Assembly (NCBI GenBank): GCA_003614675.1
Contig: ML002419.1
Coordinates: forward strand, 1-32,757
Length of the DNA: 32,757 bases
Reading direction: 5' to 3'
DNA from: Dimargaris cristalligena
Taxonomy: Eukaryota
Shown here: positions 11,270 through 21,228 of the stretch, one piece after another
Numbering within the stretch: the stretch's first letter is position 1
How the letters are laid out: each line of letters opens with the position of its first letter
Program-made: the position numbers and the translations under genes
The notes under the pieces: generated by a model
What the model was told of the DNA's origin: nothing
Databases searched by the model: none
Seen by the model: the letters and a program-made list of their open reading frames with translations, nothing else

Positions 11270-11751
11270 ATGTCGGAAGCGTTTAGGTAAGAATGTGGAA
11301 ATGTAGTTGGACGTTGGTAAAACGGTAGAGAAGGAAGAATCGCAGGCGATGGACAGTGTTAAGTATTTCAGAGCCAGGCTTGGGCTGCACTTACGCCCCC
11401 CAAGGTTTGCCACACTCACAGCCAGCCAGCTAGCTAGACGAGCGACCCACTACCACCAATCAAATAGAGGAGTTTTTGGTATCAGGGAAAGCACCAGCTA
11501 CCAAAGCTTGCTTATCTGCCTATATGCCCCCTTGATTGACAGATTCGATATTCTCCCTTCGCTTTAGTAGTCGAGGTCAGCTATGCCTCCGTGCTTCCTT
11601 TATTCTTGACCATTATCACGCATTACTGGCCCAAACTACAGGATTTATAGATAAGGTCCCAAATTAATAAAGGAGTCTAGTCACCCTCCCTTCCTTCACC
11701 AAAACCATCTAATCATCAAATTATCGTTGTATTAAGCGTAATAATGAAAAA

Positions 11752-12213
11752 TCAAGGCACCGGGGTGTACTTAACCCGATCAGCAGCAATATAAAAAGCC
11801 TGGTCCTCTTTAGGAACCCGCGTATCGTGGAACCCCAGGGGTGCCAAGTCGCAGTCGGCGCAGGACAGATACTTGATGCCCGTACTTTCAACCGTTTTAA
11901 GGAACCCCACGTTTTCGAAATCCATCATATTCCGCACCTTCCAAAAGTACTGGGGCTGGAGGGCTTCCCCGCCAACATTCTCGTCCGCCTCCTTCTTGGA
12001 GGTATTATTCAAGTCGCCGTTATGGCCCGCTATTAAGTGCGCGGGGATCTCGGTCAGGGTTGGCGCTGAGTCGGCATCAAGCGGGGCCCACGTTGCGGTG
12101 GCTTGGCGCAATATCAGACAGCGGCAAGCTGGTCGGGCGCAACTGATACGCCATTGGTTCGTAGCGGTGGTGGGATTCACCAATTCGGCCTGCATCAGTG
12201 GCGAGGAAGGCAT
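11752..12213 (-). CDS. Mss4/RABIF (Dss4-like) Rab-binding protein
   Basis: The 153-aa ORF has zinc-ligand cysteine pairs (CARPAC ... CADC), the family motif W.V.NMMDFENVGF, KYLSCADCDLAPLG and a C-terminal FYIAADRV. Confidence 0.93.
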   Translation of the reverse strand: MPSSPLMQAELVNPTTATNQWRISCARPACRCLILRQATATWAPLDADSAPTLTEIPAHLIAGHNGDLNNTSKKEADENVGGEALQPQYFWKVRNMMDFENVGFLKTVESTGIKYLSCADCDLAPLGFHDTRVPKEDQAFYIAADRVKYTPVP

Positions 12214-12859
12214 GGTTGTGGTGTGAGGGTGTCAAAGCGGGAAGGAATGGGCTCGGGCAAGAAAATACACATAAGAGCTATTGCGTATTCGCTTCTCGAC
12301 AATGGCAGCGGAGTTCGGTAGCAAACAATAAGATGGGCGTGGATGGAAAAGACTCAGCAGCTAGGTGTGGAGCGCAAGAAGCAGTAAATGGCAGTGTGGT
12401 AAACGGTAGGCCGGACCCAGGTAATTCCGGTGGTTTAGACGGGTAGTTTTTTGGGGGAGGGCTGTATTAAGCAGTTCCAAGGGTTATTAGTGTTGGTGAG
12501 AGAGCTCTGTAGATTCCCATGCCGAAGGTAACGGGATCATGCGGCTGCTTCGGTCCAATAATTGGGGTTTTTATTTACTAGAAAGGCTAAACGACAATGG
12601 TGGGTCTTCACCATGGGTAGCCATAACTATAAACAAGGGCTCTACAGTTTAGTGTCAACAAAAGCCTTTGGCCTAGCTTACAACACTAGACATTTGTTGG
12701 TATACACTAGTTATCCTTTAGTTATTTTCACGGCAGTTCAGAGTTGCTTGGCTTGCCATTTCTCAGTGTCCGAATTCATACATACATACATATATATATA
12801 TAAGCCTTGCCTCTATCTCTTGGCCTCACCCCACCCATACCAAGGCGACACGAAACACC

Positions 12860-14260
12860 ATGAACGCTCCACCGTCGGCCTCCCGTCGTCAGACCCAGTC
12901 CGCACTAAGCTCCTGGACATCGTCAGCAGCGGCCAACTCCCAGCAGGCCCAACCCACAGTCGATTCCCAACCCCAGACCCCAACCCGGCCTGGACGTAAA
13001 GGCATCATCACCCCGGCTGATCCCAGCTCGTCCCTAGACCCCAACAGCGACGTGCTCGACCAAGTAAATGTGCTTCGCAAGCGCCGGATTGTCAGTAAGC
13101 TCGATGCGGACCGGTAAGTAGTAAAAGCTGGCGAGGAAGTTCCAGGAGGGGGTATGTCTAATTAATCGCCGGTAGGGTTGGTCTGGGCTGGCCGCGTTTC
13201 TTTCTTTTTTAAACCCCTCCCCCACTTTTTAACCGCCGTTTTTGGGGTTTTTACGGCATTTTGGCAACTGGTCATTAGGTTACTATCTCAGGAAGGCCTC
13301 ATCTATCTCAAAACTGCCGGACCGATGCTTAGGTTCCATGGGGAAGGGTTCGAGGTAAGTATACCGATTTCCGCAGAACTATCCCACATAGCATCCCCCA
13401 ACCCATTCCACTCACAGGTTCACTTACACTTGACATCCATTGCAGACTATACACGTCAGATAGGCCATTTGCTGACTATATTTACCAGCTCACCAATATT
13501 AAACCATATACTATATATAAATATATAGCAAAGCGATCTGGCTAGGTTGATGCAGTTCTATCAGATCTGGGCCCACCAACTTCACCCCAAATACACATTC
13601 CCCGAATTCATCAAAGAAACCGAAAAGTTGTGCGGCTCCAAACGAGTTAAGGCCCATATGAGTGAATGGAAGAAAGAGGCCGCCCGGGCGCGCAACCCTG
13701 AAGTGGAGCCGGAAGCCGGGACCGAAGCTACTGCTATTACTAATCCTATTACGAGTAACACCCTTGGGGACTACTCAAGGCCAAAGACCCTCCGATCCTT
13801 CCTTAGTGATGACGACGATGACAACAACGAAGGAAACATGGGCCGGGGAGTTGGTAGTGGCAGCGATAGTGATGATGGCAGTGAAATTAGACGGCCCATT
13901 CGCCTTACTCAGGCTACTACTACTACTGCTTCGTTGTCCCGCCCCATTTTATCTGACAGTGGCTCCGATTCAGACGATATCCCCGTTCGTTTCCAACGGG
14001 CCTTACGCCGCCCTACTATGGCCATCAACAATTCGCTCGCAGACCCCTCCGATGAGGTGCCAGCGGCATCCCCTATTGTACCCGCGGCTCCTCGCATGTC
14101 GGAAGAGACAGCGCATTTGATTGCCCTCAACCGTCAACGGGCACTGCAGCGGCTAGCGGAAAACCAGCGCCGACTGGAGAGTATTGCCCTGGAAGACGAG
14201 GGCTTTGATGTGTTTTCGGACGACGAGGCTAATATTGATCACCCGGAAGATGACGAGTAG
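12860..14260 (+). CDS. CSM3: Replication fork protection complex subunit Csm3/Swi3/Tipin, join(12860..13113, 13279..13354, 13529..14260), 353 aa
   Basis: The spliced product contains a Swi3 domain: RKRRIVSKLDADRLLSQEGL...RFHGEGFEQSDLARLMQFYQIWAHQLHPKYTFPEFIKETEKL. Both introns are GTAAGT...TAG and the phases fit. The C-terminal EETAHLIALNRQRALQR resembles the Tipin/XPA-type RPA32-binding helix. Confidence 0.92.
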
Positions 14261-14567
14261 TATGTGGTGGCCCACCTTAGTCTGATTATTCCGGTCCGAT
14301 TATTTAATAGCCCAACAGCCAGCCTATTCCAATACATTTTTAAGTCAGTATCAAATTACCCGTGATGATCTCAATGGGTCATCGCATTATAATTGAAGGG
14401 TGGAAAAAAAATAACATGCCCATAGGGTGAAATCACTTTGCAATGGACTACTTTAATGAATACAGATGAGATGAATGTAAAAAAATATCGGGCATCATGC
14501 GTACAGGAGGGGTAGCCAATAAGAGGGGAAAAATGCGATGAAAAGGGTTATATAGGGGCGAAAATAA

Positions 14568-15305
14568 CTAACTGTAGGTATCGACCAAAGCGTCCCGTAG
14601 GTCGGTGACAATAGCGGTAGGTTGGTTGTCCTGCAGTTTAAATATAGATTCAACCACGGAGAGTTCGGTACTCGTCGTGTCGAGGCCAGAGAAAGCACTC
14701 CAGTCGTTCACGACCAGACCAGCGCCAATGACATCGGAACCACGGTTAATGGTACCGGCGACGAGGGGGATTTGGAGCAGGGACGACAATTCGTCCTGGT
14801 CCTGGATGGTGGTGCGGGGGTGGACCAGACCACCCTGGTTGCTAATGGCACAGTAGCTGCCGACCAGCACATTGTCGGCGATGGTTTGGCGGAACACCTC
14901 GACCTTGAGGACATCTTGGATGATTTCCTCGGTTTCCCGGTCGATATCGGGGTGAACCAGGGCTACGTAGTCGTTACAGGCGATGACGTTGCCGAGGGCG
15001 GAGAGCCGTTCCTCGACCCGCTGGATAGCGACACCGTCGGGCAGGGAGTTACGCAGGTGCTGAAGTTCCTGGTCGGTGGTGGTACCAGGGACCAGGAGAC
15101 CGTGGCGGTTACCGGCGGTCAACCGGCCGATGATACGGGTACCGGCGATCGAAGCATGAACGACGGGGATCACGTCACCGAGTTCGCTTTCGAAGACGCT
15201 GTAGAAGTTTTCGGAACCCCCGACGGCGACCAGGCAGTAAGAGTTGGTGAGTTTGGCGAACACGCCAATTTCGTTGTTGTTTTCGAATTGGGCACGGACG
15301 GCCAT
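14568..15305 (-). CDS. TIF6: Eukaryotic translation initiation factor 6 (245 aa, intronless)
   Basis: It starts [16 protein letters not shown] (true ATG at 15305) and matches the eIF6 sequence throughout, for example [22 protein letters not shown] and [11 protein letters not shown]. Confidence 0.98.
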   Translation of the reverse strand: MAVRAQFENNNEIGVFAKLTNSYCLVAVGGSENFYSVFESELGDVIPVVHASIAGTRIIGRLTAGNRHGLLVPGTTTDQELQHLRNSLPDGVAIQRVEERLSALGNVIACNDYVALVHPDIDRETEEIIQDVLKVEVFRQTIADNVLVGSYCAISNQGGLVHPRTTIQDQDELSSLLQIPLVAGTINRGSDVIGAGLVVNDWSAFSGLDTTSTELSVVESIFKLQDNQPTAIVTDLRDALVDTYS

Positions 15306-16389
15306 GATTAAAGGTCGGGAAGTTGTGTTGAAGCGGGGGGTTTGGCTCAAAGGGCGAAAAGGAAAAAACTAAAGTGTTTTTGAATAAGCACGGAATGGCT
15401 TTCTTTTCGGAGAGATGCAGAGGCAGCAGAAGAGAGAAACAGGCGGGTGACTACTAGCTTAGAACTGGAGAGAGATAATACAGGGGCCGAAGCCAGAAAG
15501 CGCTATGAGGAGAATTAGGGGTAAAGAGGTCTTTTTTCGAAAGAGCAAAGGGCGTCCCTTCCCGTCCTTATATTTTTTTTAGTAAGCAAGGCAATAATGG
15601 GAAAAAAAATGGGAAAAAAAAGACCCATCATCAAATACAGTGAGTGTCACAGAAGTGGCCCTTTTTTTTACGCACACACACTTTGGCCTGAGGGCACCCT
15701 CTCTTTTACCATTACAATAGAATGAAACAGCCTGCGTTTATTGTAAAACCGCTTTACTACTAACTAGTGATTATGATATACGTATATAACACCTTTACTT
15801 TAGTCCATTAATATTAATAATAATATTAATATGGGAGAAGTTCATCCAAGCTGTATAACGAAAAATCCATTAGATTCGGCCAATATTACTAGTTAAAAAT
15901 ACATTTCCCATATATTCTCCCATCCCATACACATATAATGTAAACCCTTATATAGCTGGGCTGAATTTCACCCATATAGTCCAGCTAAGCAACCCCCCGG
16001 TCTAAGTGGTTATCGTTATTGACCCACGTGGGGCAAGTAGCGCATTGGCAGCCGCAGCACCGGGGCGTCTCTATTCTTTAAGTATCTTCCCCTGGCTGCG
16101 GCCGTGATTTACCTGCCATTGCGGGGATTTATTTATACTATCCCTGCCTCAGGCCCATCTACCGCAGACCCTTACTTTGCTCGGCATTATTCTGTGGCTG
16201 CGGTCATATGGCCATGGTTAATGCTTATTTCCATTTAATCCCCTCATATGCACCCATACATACATATATACAGACATGATGGGCTTTTATTGCCCAAATG
16301 CGATGGTATACCATCTATATCTCGGCCGCCGCTTCATCCCAAAGCTCAGCTTCTCCCTTGCGAGCATCCAATTGGCCCAACACATAAGA

Positions 16390-18095
16390 TTAATACACAA
16401 TGAATTGGTCACTATGGGCAACAACCCGGGTCCAGCTTGGGTTCTGCTGTAGCAGGGTGGGCGCCGTTGTTCGCATTTGGTGACCTAGTCGCTCGGGGGC
16501 TTCCAGGTTATGCCAGGAGAGAAGGGCGCCGTTACGCAGTAGCACTACCACCTGACAACTCCCAACAGCGACACTGGCAATCCGCTGCTGCGGGTCGCTG
16601 CTGTCGCCAATGGGCGTATATTGGAAGGTGTCGTGGTCCAGTAAAAATAGCCGGTCCTCGTTGGTGCGGAATAACTGCATATTCCAGCCCCCACACATTT
16701 GAACTACCGTGGCGGGGTCTACCGGTAAATCCGCCAGATGCCGCACCAAAGCAGGCTGGTCGTTGAATACCCCGGTGGTAAGGGGCAGGTCAAGGTAGGT
16801 CGGGTAGCCGGCAATAGCCTCGTAGGCCGTGGCGGTGTCCCGCTGCGCCAACGGAACGGGGTCTAAGGCCCCGAAAACGGACAATAGGTAGCGGTGGGGG
16901 TCGTGAGCCAGACTGTGCAGGACACTGAAATGGTGGGGGGCGCAGTGGACCTGGTGAATCCGGGATCCCATGAGCGCATGGATCAGAGCCGGGCTCAGGG
17001 CCTTGTAAGCGGCCCGTTGTTCCGGGGGGCTGCTGGGTGGATAACCCCACAGGTACATTTCATGGGGGACCGTGGCATCATCGGCTTTTTCGTCTTGACC
17101 CCGCGTAACCGCTAGCGAATATTCACCTGCTGCGCCTATACCGACCACGGGCCGTTGGATTTCATCAAAGTAATGGATAGGGAACGGATACGAGTCGTAG
17201 ACTTCATCTCCTCGACCCAGGACGCCTGCTCCCCTGTGAAAGGTCGGATAAAGATACCATGTGATGTGATATACATGTCTGAGATTAGCCACCTGATTTT
17301 AAATGCCCTTGGTGCTATTACACATCCACAGGAAAGGGCTGAAAGGGGCAAGTAGCTGTCAACAGCTATTGACTATAAATGTAACTAAGGACAACCAAGA
17401 CAGCTGTACTTGGTGGGTGCAGCAAATACCTCCTCCCCATCATCAACTAACCCAAATGCCGCGGCGACTTACCAGGTCCAAACCTGCCCTTGATCCGTTA
17501 ATGCGAGATTGTGGAAAGACCCGCTGGCAATGCTCCGAATGCGATGCCCGTGTAACTCGGTCATGGCGTACGGCACCACGACGTCTTCATCATCCTCGGT
17601 CCCCCAACTACTAGTCGCTTTAATGGGTCCCACCTGCCCATGGCTATTGCTTCCCCACAGCCAAATCTGCCCGTCTACCAACGTAGCGGCGTGGGCCAAA
17701 CCACAGCTCATCTGCTCAATAGTCGCCGGTTCCGCCTGAAAATGGATCAGCGGGTGCAAGGGCGGGTTGTTGGCCCAACTCCAGGCCTCTTCCAAGGCAT
17801 CCGGTTTCCGACTGACCCAGAACTGCCAGGGTCGGCGGTTAGCCCGTTCGGCGGCCGCGCCCCGGGCCCAGGCTAAGTGTTGGCGCTGGTGTTGCCAGTT
17901 CCAGGTATGCGGGCAGTTGTTATCCGCCTCAGCCAGCTGTGGTGATGTTTCGTTGGACGACTGGGTGTCTGGAAGGTGCTGTGGCCAGCGGGTGGTGGAT
18001 AGCAGGCGTGAACGGACGGCGGGGAATCGGGAAGGCCAGCGCAGGCGTGGCTGGGGGCCCCGGAGCAGCCCATAGCGGAAAGGGATTGAAAGCAT
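16390..18095 (-). CDS. RCC1/BLIP-II repeat protein with a probable mitochondrial presequence, join(18095..17473, 17233..16390), 488 aa
   Basis: RCC1 repeats are visible (QMSCGLAH...GQIWLWGSNSHGQVG; IASGSFHNLALTDQGQVWTWG; IGAAGEYSLAVT...MYLWG). The intron 17234-17472 (TG|GTAAGT...CACAG|G) restores VWTWGAGVLGRG. The N-terminus is rich in Arg and Leu and lacks acidic residues. Confidence 0.85.
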
Positions 18096-20956
18096 AAATG
18101 GGTCTAATGGACTGTCCGATACGGTGCAGTTCGCTGCCTTTTCTTATTTTTTTATATAGCCAACTAACCAATGTGAAGGGGAAGGGGGTCCCACCTCGCT
18201 GGACTGAAGCACTGGACTAATTTCGCCGAGACGCGAGTTGTAAGATGTGGGTAAATACAGGTAGTAGAGCTTAGTATGAACAGTATCCATTCAACTTGAG
18301 AAAGGGCAAGCGCCTTGGGTCTGGGGGGATCGTCGACCGCTCCAATGCCGCGTACCATAGTTGCTCATGGTCAACTGGTTCGAATTCCCTGCACTGTGGC
18401 ATTTGGGTAATTCCGGGCCAGCTCCTACTTGGCTGGGACGTTTCCCTTTGGTTTGCCGTCTCCATTAAACGCTCCCCCAGACTTTCACCCACATTACATA
18501 GTATCACGTGACACGATACACAATTTGCCTTGGACTTCTTTGTGCAAAGGGCACAATTACAATCCCAGACTCGGAATGAATCAGCCGATATCGTCTAAAA
18601 GCAATTGTATTTATGTGGACAGCAGATCATAATTGCATATTACTAGCTCGTCGATTGCTTTTGGTCTTTTTCAACTGTCCAACGGTTATGGTCCAGCGCA
18701 TTCTAAATGAATCTCTGCCAACCTGCCCATCATAGTCTGATCTCATTTCATACTGCGACATGCTGGGAAACATACAGTGTACGTGCACTACTAATTATAG
18801 CTTTAATCAATAGTGTGCTGTTAATGCAATGGGGGGCGGGTCGAGAAAGCCGGGACGTTCCATTGCGTAGCTAGCGACGGTTATCAGGGATACTATAGTG
18901 GTCTATCTGCAATGTAAATTCAATAAGCCTATAGCATGTAGATACGGGGCGTGTCCCTCACCGGTCTCAGATATCACTTGGTAGTGGCGTCGCTAGCCTC
19001 CTTAGCAAAACCTTCATCCGTTCCCCATACATGTAACCCTACTTCCAGACATTCCGTCGGGATACTGTACGTGGTCATCCAAACAAAATAAGTGGGATTG
19101 GCGGGGTATCTGCCTAAATACATCCCAGTCGCTGTAGGGGCAATCATTTCTAACAGAAACATAAAGGTGGCTATTTAAAACGAGGGGTGAGTTATAATTA
19201 AATAGTGTCCCACCTATTGGGAATGATTGCAAACGGAAGTGTCTGGCTTCATCGTGGGTAGTGCTCCATAGCTGGTCGGGTGGGATTGGGAATGCGGTAC
19301 TACGCAGAAGAGTCCTGCAAACCAATATGCTAACCGGCCCCAGCTCCGACCCTTATTATAAGAAATGCGTATCGTCCCGGATCCTTATATTTAGGTGCAT
19401 GTCATTAATGGCTGAGCGCAGATTGTTAGTACTTCGCAATCGATGAGGAATAGCGGATAACCGACCTTGCACAATTTGGGCTCATCTGTTTGAACATGGA
19501 ATAACCTTGCTTTACCGAAACGCAATCACCGCACCTAAATTCAAACCCACCGTTGCAGGAGAGCGCCGTATAAAGTCATATATGAAGACATCCCTATGGG
19601 GTGTAGCACTGTTTTTCATTGGAATAGTTTAACATGGAAATACCACCCTTAAAAGTAAACCTGGTTTCAATCTGCGAATACTACATATCATATAACCTCC
19701 CGTTTTTTTTCTTTAGATTGATCCACGCTCATTGCATTAAACCGCGACCAGATATCCTCAAATACCCTGCAAGATATACAGTTGCTGTTCATTCTTAATC
19801 CACAGCACTAAAATCTCTAAACAATACGGCGAATAGCCATAATTTCTTATACTACAAACTACGCTGGAAGGGCGTTTGGTAACTCTCCATCAGTTAGTTA
19901 TTGATGGCCCTTCGAAGAGTTCTTAGAAGAAAGGTTCCCGCGAGGGTTAGATTGGCCGCTGACATGATACAATACATCCGCTATCTATCCGGATCAATGC
20001 TAGTGAATAATATTCGTCCATTAAGATACTTTAGTAAATATGGGTAAACGCGTAATATTTACTTGAAATAAATTTACACGGATCCATAATAACGTAACTG
20101 CCTTGGATGGCGATGTGCTCTACTCCGGATGCGACTGTACTTTCCAACAATCACTCATAGAGTATCACTATTTAAGTTCATATATTTCTATGCTAGATTG
20201 ATGTTTACTAAGGATAGATGCTTCAACGTCCCACCCTTTAACTTACACTATATACCTGCTTCCATAATCGGAAAGGGGGGGTGAAAACCTGCTGGCAAGG
20301 GAAGTGAATCCGAATACTGCCCAACAATTAAATGGGACAGGCAGTGTACTTTGGTTTGAACACCAGAGGTGTAGTTGAAGTCGATTCACAGCAGTTCACC
20401 CCACATTAAGAACATAATTCCCTACTCAATAAAGCTATAAGGGGAAATCCAGGCGCCTGATGAATAGAGATATACCTTGGGAAACCGGGAAGTGATTGGC
20501 TGTAATTCACTTAACTATTCTCCGTTTTCGTTCCATTCTATATGTGCATATTGCTCTACTGCCTCTAAACAGGATCCACCTCCACAGGCCATGAAGGTAA
20601 ACTGTGGCCCATTAAGGATTGGCAGGTGGACTATACCTTTCCCCTAAAGCATTGGTCAATCTACAAAGAACTTCCGGCTAAATGGGATGGAGAAAGGGCG
20701 AGTTGACACAGTCAAAATGGAAAAAAAATAAATAGTTCACAATGACCCCAATACATTAACATCGCTTAATTGAGATTGGCCTGGATCGCATCTTCTCCTT
20801 TACTTTACATTCATACCTTGGCCTCAAATCACTGATACATGGAGGCAGACCGTTTCATGGCCTTGGGTAAGGGGGAAGATATGCTACAATACCCATGGTG
20901 TGATCCATTTGTTCATGACATCTAAATGTCTCGCGGTATTTCATAGCATTGGTAAA

Positions 20957-20978
20957 TATAAAAACAGGGAAATATAAA
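20957..20978 (+). promoter_or_regulatory. TATA-like boxes upstream of subtilisin copy 1
   Basis: TATAAA occurs at 20957 and 20973, which is 272 and 256 nt before the ATG. A pyrimidine-rich leader follows. Confidence 0.4.
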
Positions 20979-21228
20979 GAGCACCCCAGGACTCCCGAAG
21001 TCCTTTTCCTAATACCTTTTATGATTTTTGTTTTTGTTATTTTAAATATATAGTTGAGCTACCTTCTTTCCCTGACTAATGATCTTTTGATGATTCCTTC
21101 CTCCTGGCAATGCAAGCCCATTGGTGACTTCTAGTTTTCCCAGTCATATTTACTTTACCCTATTCCCCTAATTGTTTATAATTATAATTATATATATTTG
21201 AGTATATATTCAACCCACAGACTTCACC

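Noticed and set aside
15306..15350. N-terminal extension of eIF6 in the ORF track
   Set aside because: It begins at a TTG. The conserved MAVR start at 15305 gives the canonical 245-aa protein.
15938..15952. Telomerase-template-like TAAACCCTTA
   Set aside because: It is not a 1.5-unit copy of a TTAGGG repeat and is too short to distinguish from chance.
16107..16205. U1 snRNA suggested by ATTTACCTG followed by hairpins
   Set aside because: It lacks the U1-70K loop (GATCA..AAG), the U1A loop (ATTGCAC) and an Sm site.
18370..18395. tRNA or B-box-like GGTTCGAATTCC
   Set aside because: There is no T-stem pairing, acceptor stem or properly spaced A box. The similar motifs near 8293 and 27891 fail for the same reasons.
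18503..18512. TCACGTGA E-box palindrome upstream of the RCC1-like gene
   Set aside because: A single 8-mer is expected by chance in 33 kb and cannot be supported without conservation data.
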